Assembly: GCA_038206725.1 (NCBI GenBank)
Contig: JBBRAO010000014.1
Location: forward strand, 192 to 64,191
DNA from: Candidatus Kapaibacterium sp.
Lineage (GTDB): Bacteria > Bacteroidota > Ignavibacteria > Kapaibacteriales > UBA2268
Reading direction: 5' to 3'
DNA: 64,000 nt
The position numbers and the translations under genes are program-made. Positions 9,182 through 19,575 of this stretch are shown here, in pieces. The notes under the pieces were generated by a model. It had not been told where the DNA came from. It was given only the letters and a program-made list of their open reading frames with translations, and made no database searches. Each line of letters opens with the position of its first letter. Position 1 is the stretch's first letter.

Positions 9182-10546
9182 ATGAAAAGCAAAATGAAAT
9201 TTAACGGATTATTATTAATCCTCATATTATTGGGATATTTAGCATCCAATGCACAAAATGAAATCACATTAAAACAATGTGTTGAATATTCTTTGAAGAA
9301 TAGCAGCAACATCAAAATGGCAAATTTCGATGTAGCTCTTTCGGAGCAAAGAATAAAAGAAACCACCGGGTTTTACTTACCGAACTTTGGTTTATCTAGT
9401 TCAATAGATAATAATTTATTGATTACTACACAGCTATTGCCTGCTGAAATGCTGGGTGGAAAAGCGGGTACTTTTATTCCGGTCAAATTCGGAACTCCTT
9501 ATAATATGTCTATTGGGCTTCAACTAAACCAAAAGCTTTACGATCTGAGCACGATTTATGATATTAAATCATCGAAAGTCAATAAGGAATTATCGGAACA
9601 AACCGCTCAAAAAACCAATGAAGCGACCATTTATGGAATCAGCGCTACGTATTATCAAGCAATGATAATTCAAATTCAGATAAAAATGCTAAAAACTAAA
9701 TTAGCATCGTCTGACCGTTCATTGAAATCAACAGAGTTGCTTTTTCAAAACGGTGCGGCAAAAAAAATCGATGTTGATAAAATTAGAGTAAGTTACAATA
9801 ATACTAAATCTCAATTACAGCAGGCTGAATTGAGTTATTCTCAATCACTCAATAACTTAAAGTTTCAAATGGGTATGCCGCAGGATAAACAAGTAGTATT
9901 ACAGGACAATGTTTTGGAGAATCTAATAAAGAATCCAAAAAACATAGAAAGCAAAAATTATCAAATCGAAAATACTTTGGATTATAAGCTAAAGCAAACC
10001 AACTTTACTTTGATGGAAATCAATAGGAAAAAAAGTTTAGCGGCTTACCAACCAGTAGTTACTTTATATGGTAATGCAAGAGTAAGCGCAATGCGTAAAG
10101 AATTTAATTTTTTAAAAGCAGGAGAAGATTGGTATCCGAGTTCTGCAGTAGGAATTCAATTATCGTGGTCAATTTTCTCAGGTTTGCAAAGAGATGCACG
10201 CTTAACGCAATCGGAACTTAATATCCAAAAAGCAAAAGAAAGCTTATCGCTTACTGAGCAAAGTTTTAAAGTTGATATATCCAATTTCGAGATGAAGTTC
10301 AAAAATGCTTATGAAAATATACAAAACGAAAAAGAAAATCTGGATTTAGCGGAAAGCGTTTATAAAAACGTTCAATTGCAATACCAGCAAGGTGTAAGCT
10401 CATCGCTTGAACTGATACAAACTGAAAGTTCTTTTGAATTGGCACAAAACACATATTTGAATAAACTTTTTGATTTATTCGTCGCAAGAATGGACCTTGA
10501 AAAAGCTCAAGGTAATCTAATGAATTTTATAAATAATCTACAATAA
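9182..10546 (+). CDS. TolC-family outer membrane efflux protein
   Basis: Signal peptide, two OEP repeats (LKQCVEYSLKNSSNIK...; LDLAESVYKNVQLQYQQG...). Operon context with MFP and RND genes. Confidence 0.85.
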   Translation: MKSKMKFNGLLLILILLGYLASNAQNEITLKQCVEYSLKNSSNIKMANFDVALSEQRIKETTGFYLPNFGLSSSIDNNLLITTQLLPAEMLGGKAGTFIPVKFGTPYNMSIGLQLNQKLYDLSTIYDIKSSKVNKELSEQTAQKTNEATIYGISATYYQAMIIQIQIKMLKTKLASSDRSLKSTELLFQNGAAKKIDVDKIRVSYNNTKSQLQQAELSYSQSLNNLKFQMGMPQDKQVVLQDNVLENLIKNPKNIESKNYQIENTLDYKLKQTNFTLMEINRKKSLAAYQPVVTLYGNARVSAMRKEFNFLKAGEDWYPSSAVGIQLSWSIFSGLQRDARLTQSELNIQKAKESLSLTEQSFKVDISNFEMKFKNAYENIQNEKENLDLAESVYKNVQLQYQQGVSSSLELIQTESSFELAQNTYLNKLFDLFVARMDLEKAQGNLMNFINNLQ

Positions 10547-10554
10547 ATAATATT

Positions 10555-11625
10555 ATGAAAAAATCTAAGAAAACAATAGTAATTGTGGTGGGCCTGATAG
10601 TAATTGCCGTTATTGTAATGCAGTTAAATAACAATCGAAAAAAGATTGTGGCAAACAAAGATGTCAGTACTGATCTAACCTTTGTAACCGTTGGTGTCTC
10701 ACCTGTTAAAAGAATGGCTTTAGACGATACTCTTCGCTTAGTCGGTAATCTTGACGTTGCCTCCGAAATTGATATTCCCGCCGAAGCCGCCGGGAAAATT
10801 ACTATGATCAACGCTGAATTGGGTCAAGCAAAATCGAAAGGTAGTGTTATAGCGACAATTGACGATAAGATGAAGAAAATCGCAGTTCAAAAAGCTAATA
10901 TTGATGTTCAAAAAAGAAAAAAAGATCTAGAAAGAGTCTCGAACTTATTTAAAGGCGGCTCATATACAGAACAACAAATGGATGATATGCAGAATATGTA
11001 CGATAATGCGGTGATTATGTTAGAACAAGCCGAAAAGCAATTATCAGAAACTCGAATCATCTGTCCTGAACGCGGTATAGTAACCAAGAAAAATGTTGAA
11101 GTCGGCGAATATGTAAATATGGGTGCAGCTATTGCGACCATCGTCGATATCTCTAAGTTTAAAATAAAACTTAATGTCTCGGAAATGAATGCGTATTTAT
11201 TGAAAATAGGCGACAAAGCGACAGTAACAACCGACGTTTACCCGGGAATTACATTCCAAGGAAAAGTTAGCTTTATCAGCCCAAAAGGCGACGGATCGCA
11301 CACATATCCTGTAGAAATTGAAATTGTAAATAATAGCAAATACCCATTACGTTCAGGTACATTTGTAAGTGCCCAAATACCTCTGCCAAAATCGAGTGAA
11401 TCATTATATATCCCTCGTGAAGCACTTCAGGGTAGTATTAATGACGCTCAAGTATATCTTGCTGTTAATGGTAAAGCTGTTTTAAGAAGTATCATAGTTG
11501 ATAAAGGAATTAATACGAATAATAATTTTATCAATGTAGTATCGGGACTTAACGTAAATGACCAAGTAATAACTAAAGGTCAATTAAACCTTGTTGAAGG
11601 TAAATCTATCAGAATTATTAAATAA
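10555..11625 (+). CDS. Efflux RND periplasmic adaptor (HlyD/MFP family)
   Basis: N-terminal anchor, lipoyl/hairpin/beta-barrel pattern (GKITMINAELGQ...; PLRSGTFVSAQI). Lies between the TolC and RND genes. Confidence 0.85.
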   Translation: MKKSKKTIVIVVGLIVIAVIVMQLNNNRKKIVANKDVSTDLTFVTVGVSPVKRMALDDTLRLVGNLDVASEIDIPAEAAGKITMINAELGQAKSKGSVIATIDDKMKKIAVQKANIDVQKRKKDLERVSNLFKGGSYTEQQMDDMQNMYDNAVIMLEQAEKQLSETRIICPERGIVTKKNVEVGEYVNMGAAIATIVDISKFKIKLNVSEMNAYLLKIGDKATVTTDVYPGITFQGKVSFISPKGDGSHTYPVEIEIVNNSKYPLRSGTFVSAQIPLPKSSESLYIPREALQGSINDAQVYLAVNGKAVLRSIIVDKGINTNNNFINVVSGLNVNDQVITKGQLNLVEGKSIRIIK

Positions 11626-11636
11626 TAAAGGTTAAT

Positions 11637-14600
11637 ATGTCTATTACTCAACTTGCGATAAAACGACCTACTATGGTAGTGGTGTTTTTTTCAATACTGG
11701 CACTCCTTGGTATCGTTTCATATACAAAATTGAATTATGAATTAATTCCAAAGCTTAGTTTTCCGGTGGTCAGTATTGTTACTATTTACCCGGGTGCTTC
11801 GGCAAAAGAAGTAGAAGGAACAGTTACAAAAGTGATGGAAGATGCTCTTTCTTCGCTCGAAAGGGTTAAAAGCATTCGATCAAGTTCACAGGAAGGTTTT
11901 TCAATGATTACTGTGGAACTTGTTGCTAATACAAATGCCGATTTAGCTTTGCAAAATGCTCAGCGCAAAATAAACGCCATAACATCTAGGTTACCGGTTG
12001 GAGCAAAAACTCCATCGCTCAATAAGTTCTCGTCCGATGAAATACCGGTTATTCAAATGGGTGTTGTTGCTAATATGGAGCCTACTAAACTCTATGATTT
12101 AGTTGATAACCAAATCAAATCTCAACTTTCCAACCTAAGCGGTGTTGGGCAGGTGAGTTTAGTTGGTGGTATTGAACGTGAAATCAGAATCAATGTTGAC
12201 AAAGAAAAACTAATTGCCTATAACATTGGTATCAGTCAAGTATTTCAAGCGGTTTCTGCATCAAATTTAGAAATGCCTACTGGTAAAATTGAAAACAATT
12301 CCAAACAATATTCTGTTCGTTTACTTGGTAAAATCAAATCAATTGAAGAACTTCGGGCAATCACGATAACAAGAAGTGCAAATGGCGGAAGTGTTAAGCT
12401 TTCCGATATAGCTGAAGTTATCGATGGTATTGCCGACCAAACAACATTGAATAAAATCAACGGTGAATCTTCGATTGGTATGATTATTCAAAAACAATCC
12501 GATGCAAACTCTGTTAAGGTTTGTGAACTTATTAAAGCAAAACTTAAAGTCATCGAAAAGGAATATGCAAAGGAAAATGTAAAATTCAATATATCGATGG
12601 ATAATTCGGAATACACATTGGATTCAGCTAATGGCGTATTGAAGGATTTATCACTTGCTATTGTTATTGTAGCTTTAGTGATGTTTTTATTCTTACATAG
12701 TGTTCGAAACTCGTTTATAGTTTTAGTATCTATCCCTACATCTATCATATCAGTTTTTATTGGTATGTATATATTTGATTTTTCATTGAACTTACTAACT
12801 TTAATGGCATTATCGCTCGTAATCGGAATTCTGGTGGATGACTCTATCGTTGTGCTCGAGAATATAACGCGGCATTTGGAAATGGGTAAAGATAAGGTTA
12901 CAGCGTCTTTAGAGGGTAGAAGCGAGATTGGATTCACAGCCGTCGCGATCACTTTGGTTGACGTTGTAGTATTCCTGCCACTTTCTTTAATCAGCGGTAT
13001 GATTGGCAACTTCCTTCGAGAATTCTCGTTAGTTATTGTATTCTCAACATTAATGAGTCTTTTAGTTTCGTTCACCATAACGCCGTTATTAGCATCTCGC
13101 CTCGCAAAGGTTCAAGAACCTACGGATAAAAACTTTATCGGCAGATTATCTATCAGGGTAGAAAATGCTTTCAAAAAGATTGTGGTTTACTACCAAAGAG
13201 CTTTGAGTTGGTCGCTAAAGCACAGAAAAACTGTATATATTTCGGTTACCGCTTTAGTGGTATTGTCATTTTCTTTGGTAGGTATGGGTTTAATCGGTAC
13301 TGCATTTATGAATAACGGCGACCAAGGTGAATTTACGGTCAAATTAGAAGGTGAACCGCAAAATACAATCTATCAAACATCGCAACTTACTCAAAAAGTG
13401 GAAGAGTTACTAAAGAAAAAGCCCGAAGTTGTTAACTTATTTACAAGTATTGGTAGTTCTCAAAACGGATTCAGCAATAGTGTAGAGAGCAACAAGAGCC
13501 AAATTACTGTTAAGATGGTTCCAAAAAACAAACGGTCAATTTCTGTAGAAAAATTCGCCGCTCAAATTAAAATGGAAGTACAAAAGTTTCCGGGCATTAA
13601 AGTTACAGCTACACCTTCTTCATTGATGGGTGGCGCGGATGACGCACCGATTCAAGTATTGTTACGTAGCACCGATGTAGATAGACTTTTTGTGATGGGT
13701 GACAGTATTATGAAAATAGTCAGAACAATCCCGGGTGCAAATGATGTGAAGTTGTCTATTGATAAAAGTAAACCTGAAATACAAATCAACCTTGACCGCG
13801 AGAAAATGGAACAATTAGGGCTTTCCGTTCAATTGGTTGGTAGTACTTTGAATTTGGCTTTTGCCGGTAATACAAACCTTCAATACAGCGAAGGCGACAA
13901 TGATTACGATATTTCTGTACGATTTGACAAATTCAACCGTAAGAAGATTGACGATATCAACTCAATTACTTTTGTGAATAATCAAGGCAAGTTGATTGAA
14001 TTGAAAAACTTTGCAACAATAGTACAAGCTTTGGGTCCAAACAAATTAGAGCGTTACGACCGTATTCCTTCGCTGACAGTAAACGCTTCAGTATTTGGTC
14101 GTCCGGTCGGAACGGTAGGTGATGAAATCAAAAAAGCTATCGGCGAACAAATCACATCAACCGACATAGATATCAGTTACAAAGGACAAATGGAACGTCA
14201 AGCCGAAGCTTTCGGAAGTTTGTTCACCGCGCTTTTTGCCGCTATTTTATTTGTTTACTTATTGATGGTAGCTCTTTATAACTCTTACTTATATCCATTT
14301 GTGGTACTTTTCTCGATACCGGTCGCTGTGATTGGAGCTTTATTTGCTCTTGCGCTCAGCGGTGAAGCCTTGACAATTTATTCTGTGATTGGTATGATTA
14401 TGCTTATCGGTTTGGTGGCGAAGAACGCAATCCTGATTGTGGATTTCACCAATAAACTGCGTGAGAACGGCAGGGCTACCGTTGATGCGTTGTTGGAAGC
14501 CGGTAAGGAAAGGCTTAGACCAATTTTAATGACCACTTTGGCGATGGTGTTCGGTATGCTTCCAATTGCTCTTGCGACGGGAGCCAGCGCAGAAAGTAAA

Positions 14601-14756
14601 AACGGATTAGCTTGGGTTATTATCGGCGGTTTAATAAGTTCTTTATTACTTACTTTGGTTTTAGTACCGACGGTTTACTTGACATTTGAGAAGTATAAAG
14701 GTAAAATTAAACGATTCCGGTCAAAAGAATTGGTTGAAGAAACAACCATAATATAA
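11637..14756 (+). CDS. RND efflux permease (AcrB/HAE1-like)
   Basis: 1039 aa, 12-TM architecture. N-terminus AIKRPTMVVVFF, and conserved GILVDDSIVVLENI and AKNAILIVDF motifs. Confidence 0.95.
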   Translation: MSITQLAIKRPTMVVVFFSILALLGIVSYTKLNYELIPKLSFPVVSIVTIYPGASAKEVEGTVTKVMEDALSSLERVKSIRSSSQEGFSMITVELVANTNADLALQNAQRKINAITSRLPVGAKTPSLNKFSSDEIPVIQMGVVANMEPTKLYDLVDNQIKSQLSNLSGVGQVSLVGGIEREIRINVDKEKLIAYNIGISQVFQAVSASNLEMPTGKIENNSKQYSVRLLGKIKSIEELRAITITRSANGGSVKLSDIAEVIDGIADQTTLNKINGESSIGMIIQKQSDANSVKVCELIKAKLKVIEKEYAKENVKFNISMDNSEYTLDSANGVLKDLSLAIVIVALVMFLFLHSVRNSFIVLVSIPTSIISVFIGMYIFDFSLNLLTLMALSLVIGILVDDSIVVLENITRHLEMGKDKVTASLEGRSEIGFTAVAITLVDVVVFLPLSLISGMIGNFLREFSLVIVFSTLMSLLVSFTITPLLASRLAKVQEPTDKNFIGRLSIRVENAFKKIVVYYQRALSWSLKHRKTVYISVTALVVLSFSLVGMGLIGTAFMNNGDQGEFTVKLEGEPQNTIYQTSQLTQKVEELLKKKPEVVNLFTSIGSSQNGFSNSVESNKSQITVKMVPKNKRSISVEKFAAQIKMEVQKFPGIKVTATPSSLMGGADDAPIQVLLRSTDVDRLFVMGDSIMKIVRTIPGANDVKLSIDKSKPEIQINLDREKMEQLGLSVQLVGSTLNLAFAGNTNLQYSEGDNDYDISVRFDKFNRKKIDDINSITFVNNQGKLIELKNFATIVQALGPNKLERYDRIPSLTVNASVFGRPVGTVGDEIKKAIGEQITSTDIDISYKGQMERQAEAFGSLFTALFAAILFVYLLMVALYNSYLYPFVVLFSIPVAVIGALFALALSGEALTIYSVIGMIMLIGLVAKNAILIVDFTNKLRENGRATVDALLEAGKERLRPILMTTLAMVFGMLPIALATGASAESKNGLAWVIIGGLISSLLLTLVLVPTVYLTFEKYKGKIKRFRSKELVEETTII

Positions 14757-14768
14757 AATCAAATCAAA

Positions 14769-14807
14769 TGTCCAATACCTTGAAAAACGGGTGTTGGGCA
14801 TTTTTTT
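14769..14807 (+). terminator. Rho-independent terminator of the efflux operon
   Basis: TGTCCAATACC / GGTGTTGGGCA stem (two G-U pairs) followed by T7. Confidence 0.75.
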
Positions 14808-15014
14808 AAATTTAATACCACTCTAAAAAGTTTGGATTCCTAAATGTGACAAATATTTCTGCACATTTAGTCTTTCCCACACCCCAACTAAACAAAAATT
14901 TCATATATTTGCATATTAAAAAAAAATATTTTTAAATGACATTTGCGGATGTCAGAATATGGCACGAATAACGTTAATTTTGTAAAATTGAAAAATCACA
15001 TATTTATAATGTAG

Positions 15015-15698
15015 TTATTCAATTTCGAAATAGAATTTATTTGATAAAACAGAATTTTCCAAATTACTTTGATACTCACACAAATTAATAAGTTGCATAA
15101 CATTTGGTTTTCTTCTCAATATTGTGCTTTTTGACAAGCAGTCCATATACTTGGCAACATTTACGTCACCATGTTCAGATTCAGCAATTATTCTTGCAAT
15201 AAATCGGTTTCTTAGCAAACATCTAGCTAAAATAGCTTTCTGATTTTCTTTGTTGAGTGAAAAAAACAGGTAACCAATACATGATAAATACCATGTGCTT
15301 TCTTTAAATTGAGTCAACCCTAACGTAAATGCGGTTTTTGAATGATTTTCACCATATTTTCTATATGCACCTTCATTCCTTGGATTTCCATCATCCAACA
15401 ATAATTTTCCAATGTCGACAAATTTTATACCTGGATCATTGAGCTCTGCTAATTTTTTGCAAATATTTATTGTGCAATTATCCAATGAACTAAACTGTGG
15501 AATATCATTAGATGTAATGGGAAAAATTTGAACATGTTTTTGGACAAATTCAATAAAATCGGAATATGGAATATTTATTAGTGTCTCTATATAATTACTT
15601 ACTTCTAAAGTTGGAAATTTGTAACTATAATAGAACATATTTTCATTAATATGCAACTCGTAACTTCTACTGAAGAATTCTTCCATTCGAAAGCTCAT
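15015..15698 (-). CDS. Hypothetical protein, last gene of the island operon (no recognisable domain)
   Basis: 227-aa ORF starting 2 nt after the upstream stop. I recognise no motif. Very AT-rich. Confidence 0.55.
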   Translation of the reverse strand: MSFRMEEFFSRSYELHINENMFYYSYKFPTLEVSNYIETLINIPYSDFIEFVQKHVQIFPITSNDIPQFSSLDNCTINICKKLAELNDPGIKFVDIGKLLLDDGNPRNEGAYRKYGENHSKTAFTLGLTQFKESTWYLSCIGYLFFSLNKENQKAILARCLLRNRFIARIIAESEHGDVNVAKYMDCLSKSTILRRKPNVMQLINLCEYQSNLENSVLSNKFYFEIE

Positions 15699-15700
15699 AT

Positions 15701-16669
15701 TTATTTTTCCTTAGAGTGTGTGCTTAGAATACGCAGTATTTGCCTAATTTCATATTTGCTATCTATATGTGATTTTATAGAATTTTCAAATGTGCTTACA
15801 GAAATGAGCATACGAAAAGCCCTGATTTTCTTGTAAATATCATCTATTTTTCCAGTATCTTTAACTTCTTCATAACCTTCATATATGTCAGTTTGACCTG
15901 ATGCAATTTCATCAAGCACTTTTTTTGCTCTTTTATCAGGGCATTTAGCTATTTCCCCAATTTTTCTTATGTCCGAAGCTTGATTTATTTCTTTATTTTT
16001 AATTTGTTCAACAATTGTTGTTTCTAATTTAGGATTAGATTTGATAGCTTTTTTTATTGATCGGTTTTTAAGTAATTCGTCGTAATAACTCCAGTTTGTT
16101 GGCTGCAAATCATTTACCTTTAGCATATAAGAGAAATTATCAAGCATTCTCTCTGCATCACCCTTTTTTATACCTAACTCTTTAGCCATTGTTTCAACTG
16201 GAAGCTTAGACTCTTTTCTACGTCTATATAAATATCCAGCTTGCTCAAAAGGACTCCAATCTTTTCTCCCTATTATATGATATTGACCCAGAAGCGTGAA
16301 AATAGATAATTCATCAATATCTGAAGGTAAAAGTACACATTTTACTATTCCCCATTCAATAGGTTTATTTTTACATAAAAGTCGATATGCCGCTAATCGG
16401 CTATTGCCTTCAAGAACAACAAAATCGCCATCGCGAACGATCAGAGGATCAATAAGTCCTCCGTTACTTTCAATTGATAGCTTAAGTTGCTTCACATGAT
16501 CCATTTTGGTCATTAATTGCTCAATGCTATTTTGGTCTGGTTTTGATTCATCAGATACTTGTAGAACACTATAAACTCTAGGATTATCCTCATAAAATTT
16601 GAGTGACGCCTGCATGATTTCCACTTCTTTAACTTCGAATTCTTTCTTACCAATCATCATTTTTTTCAT
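15701..16669 (-). CDS. ParB/Srx N-terminal-domain protein (paralogue 2)
   Basis: LIDPLIVRDGDFVVLEGNSRLAAYRLL is the ParB/sulfiredoxin-fold box with the conserved GxxR arginine. It is followed by WSPFEQAGYLY plus an HTH-like segment, the same layout as the 18566-19575 gene. Confidence 0.75.
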   Translation of the reverse strand: MKKMMIGKKEFEVKEVEIMQASLKFYEDNPRVYSVLQVSDESKPDQNSIEQLMTKMDHVKQLKLSIESNGGLIDPLIVRDGDFVVLEGNSRLAAYRLLCKNKPIEWGIVKCVLLPSDIDELSIFTLLGQYHIIGRKDWSPFEQAGYLYRRRKESKLPVETMAKELGIKKGDAERMLDNFSYMLKVNDLQPTNWSYYDELLKNRSIKKAIKSNPKLETTIVEQIKNKEINQASDIRKIGEIAKCPDKRAKKVLDEIASGQTDIYEGYEEVKDTGKIDDIYKKIRAFRMLISVSTFENSIKSHIDSKYEIRQILRILSTHSKEK

Positions 16670-16681
16670 TTTTAAACCCTC

Positions 16682-18151
16682 TTAATTATCATTTAATATT
16701 TCTTTTACTATTTCACCAAAACTATAATCGGCAACTTCTGTATACTTTTTTAATTTAAAATCTCCTTGTGCTAAAAACGCTGCATTTTGTTTGGCTTTAA
16801 GTAAGTGGTCAACCCAAATGTCAATACTGTTTTTAATCATAATATTATATATATGACAGATTTTAGTTTGTGAAATACGATGAATTCTATCTTGTGCTTG
16901 TAAATAATCATCAAGATTAAATCCTCTATCATAGAAAATTACATTATTAGCAATTGTAAGTGTTAAACCTTCTTTTGCTGATTGAGGCGTTGCAAATAAA
17001 ACTTTTGCATCACCGTTTTTGAATGCTCGAACAGAATTTGTTCGATCTTCAATTTTCATTTTGCCTGTTATTTTAACTGCATTCAGGTTCTTGTATTTTC
17101 TTGAGAAATAATCTATATTTCCTGTGAAAATTGACCAAACTATCACTTTCTCATCTCTTCTTATAATTTCTTTTATTAACTCATCGAGTTTTGCTTCTTT
17201 ACCTGAAAAAGAGCAATACAAATCATCTAACAACCGAGGATTTGAAGTAATTTGTACTAATCTTAGTAGTCTTTTAATTGAGTCTGGAGATTCGTCAAGT
17301 AATGTTTTTTCATCTCGCTGCAATAAAATTTGCATTTCAGTCCGCACTTTATTATACATTAGGAATTGTGATTCTTCAAAATCAACATAAGTATCATAAT
17401 ACACTTTATTAGGAAGTGTTATTATACCACTGTTTTTTGTCTCACGAACAGTAAAATCTTTTATTTTATCAAATATTTCGGACACAGATGTCTCAAATAA
17501 ATTTCTTTTTATTTCATTTGTTGATAAGTCATTAGAAAGATCTGTTGTTGATTTGAACTCGCCAAAGTTTGCCCCGAGACTTTTGCCAAAATCAAGAAAG
17601 TAAATTTGAGCCCATATATCATAAGGTCTATTTGCAACAGGTGTACCTGTCATAATAATGCGGATTTTAAATAAACTGGCTATCTCAAAAAAGTCTTGTG
17701 TAAGTTTAGATTCTGGATTCTTTAATTTTGTAGATTCATCAATAATAATGGCAATATTTCTAGTTTTTAGAAATAGTCTGATTCTCTCTTTTTCACCAGA
17801 TATTGTTTCAAAATTTGTAATAACTACTCGAGTTAAGCTATTAAACACATAATAATTCTCACCACGTTTACTAGTCAGTATTTTAGGGTTAATGTTTGTG
17901 TGTATTTCAAACTCTCCACGCCAGTTTTCAACCAATTGTTTTTTTGTGACAATTAGAACAGTATCAATTTCTTTAAATTCTAACCAATACAAAAGGAGAT
18001 CAATTGCAATTTTCGTTTTTCCAAGCCCCTGTTCATGAAAGATTGCTGCAAATGACTTGTCTTTGATTGCTGCAAATGCTTCATATTGATATGGAAATGC
18101 ATCTAACTTGGCTGATAGATTTTGCCCAGGTTTATTTATTATCTTTCTCAT
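16682..18151 (-). CDS. SNF2-family helicase/translocase
   Basis: Motif I HEQGLGKTKIAI, motif II IIDESTKLKN, motif III MTGTPVANRPYDIWAQIYFL, motif VI QAQDRIHRISQTK. Confidence 0.9.
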   Translation of the reverse strand: MRKIINKPGQNLSAKLDAFPYQYEAFAAIKDKSFAAIFHEQGLGKTKIAIDLLLYWLEFKEIDTVLIVTKKQLVENWRGEFEIHTNINPKILTSKRGENYYVFNSLTRVVITNFETISGEKERIRLFLKTRNIAIIIDESTKLKNPESKLTQDFFEIASLFKIRIIMTGTPVANRPYDIWAQIYFLDFGKSLGANFGEFKSTTDLSNDLSTNEIKRNLFETSVSEIFDKIKDFTVRETKNSGIITLPNKVYYDTYVDFEESQFLMYNKVRTEMQILLQRDEKTLLDESPDSIKRLLRLVQITSNPRLLDDLYCSFSGKEAKLDELIKEIIRRDEKVIVWSIFTGNIDYFSRKYKNLNAVKITGKMKIEDRTNSVRAFKNGDAKVLFATPQSAKEGLTLTIANNVIFYDRGFNLDDYLQAQDRIHRISQTKICHIYNIMIKNSIDIWVDHLLKAKQNAAFLAQGDFKLKKYTEVADYSFGEIVKEILNDN

Positions 18152-18561
18152 ATGATACTTATATTCCCTGCGTCGTTTAACAAATGAAACACTGCTGTTG
18201 AATTCAGTTCATTTTTTAATTTTTTTATTAAGTTCTTTATTCTTGCGAAGGAATAGAGTGATGTGCATATAAGAATATGCTTTTCACCATGGAATAATGA
18301 TGCTTCTATAATATATGATTTATATTGTTCTATACTATGTTTTCGATCAATATCATTCATTGTTTTCGCTTCACCAATAATTAAGTACTTTAAATCTTTG
18401 TAGTATAAATCAGGTATAAAATTGCCTATGGTTCTATCTGGTCTTCTACTACTATCAGGTAAATCTATTAATATAAAAGGTATTAACTCACTTGGTATTA
18501 TTGTAGAAGTATGTTCTGCAATTTTTCGTATATAATTAATATGGTCAATTGATTCAGGCAT
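18148..18561 (-). CDS. Small PD-(D/E)xK-fold nuclease-like protein
   Basis: IPDLYY...(13 aa)...LIIGEAKT fits the PD...(D/E)xK restriction-endonuclease-fold core. ATGA overlap with the SNF2 gene start. Confidence 0.6.
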   Translation of the reverse strand: MPESIDHINYIRKIAEHTSTIIPSELIPFILIDLPDSSRRPDRTIGNFIPDLYYKDLKYLIIGEAKTMNDIDRKHSIEQYKSYIIEASLFHGEKHILICTSLYSFARIKNLIKKLKNELNSTAVFHLLNDAGNISII

Positions 18562-18565
18562 ATGA

Positions 18566-19575
18566 CTAATCTTCAGGTTGAATATCCTTTATAATGTCTT
18601 GTAAAACATCGAAAATATTAAGAAGCATGGTTTTCTTTTTATCATAATCTGGATCACTGCTTAATTTTTTTACTTCTTTATATTCTAAGCTGTTAAGTGA
18701 TTCTAAAAATTTCGCGCCTAGAATATCATAGGGGATATTGTTCAATTCGTTATGTGAATTTTCTGTCACAGCAATTTTTTTTACAGCTTCCGATATATTC
18801 TTTTTAAGAAAAACTTTCAATGCTTCTTGATCTTTAAGTACTGCCGGTAATTGTCTGACATTTTGTGCAGTATCAATATTGTCATTTACTACCCATTTCG
18901 CAAAATCTTCTTTAGAAAAACCTTTTGAAGTTAGAGCGAATGTAATTGTAGAACGCTGTAACTCAATAAATTTTGAAAATTCTCTTATGTCAAAATCATC
19001 TCCTGTTTCAGCAACTACTTTCGAATAAAATACTTGCATATCGCGGTAAGCACTTATTAATTTATTAATCTCCGGACTATTGCCACCACACATGGAAATT
19101 ATTGAAGACATTGGCATGTGTTCAATTTCACTAAGTTGGTGTAAATATTTACCTTAGAATATGGATCCCACTCACGAGGTCCAACTAAATGTGATTGTAA
19201 CCTGATTGAGTGTTTTTCCGAATCAGATAATTCAACATAAACGATTGAACTAATATTATCCCAAGGACCTGTTGGGTTTGATATAAGGAACTCTTTGTAG
19301 ATTTGAAGTCTTGTATTGCCCTCAATAACAATTAATTCTCCATCTTTTTCTTGGTTTACAATAATTGGATGAATAATGCCACCACTGACTTTAATTGATT
19401 CCTTTAAGGTATTATAAGAGGTTGATGAATCACCATTGCCTGGATTTGTAAGTGCGAGGGCAATTGCTTCACTTGTTATCTCTCCAGCGTAAATTTCAAG
19501 ATATTGCTTGATTCTTGGGTTGCCTTTATCAAGATGAATATCTGCTATTTTTAATTCTGTGTACTTTGGTTTCAT
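18566..19575 (-). pseudogene. ParB/Srx N-terminal-domain protein (paralogue 1), split by a 1-nt frameshift (ORFs 19099-19575 and 18566-19117)
   Basis: The N-terminal ORF has HPIIVNQEKDGELIVIEGNTRLQIYKEF and WDPYSK. The expected continuation KYLHQLSEIEHMPMSS... runs in the other frame into the 183-aa ORF. Adding one A to the A3 run (plus strand 19148-19150) fuses them into about 335 aa. Confidence 0.7.

Noticed and set aside
12488-13078. 196-aa antisense ORF inside the RND permease gene. The same class includes 12245-12460, 10527-10811, 10908-11216, 5268-5654, 44310-45107, 48205-48813, 58490-58837, 60608-61009 and 61144-61527.
   Set aside because: Each lies fully inside a strongly supported gene on the opposite strand. 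The proteins are low-complexity (S/I/F/T-rich), as expected from antisense reading of AT-rich coding DNA. None has a motif.
14841-14869. Inverted repeat TAAATGTG...CACATTTA downstream of the island operon, as a possible terminator or boundary.
   Set aside because: The stem is 8 bp and AT-rich, with a 13-nt loop and no adjacent U-tract on the minus strand. That is too weak to call.
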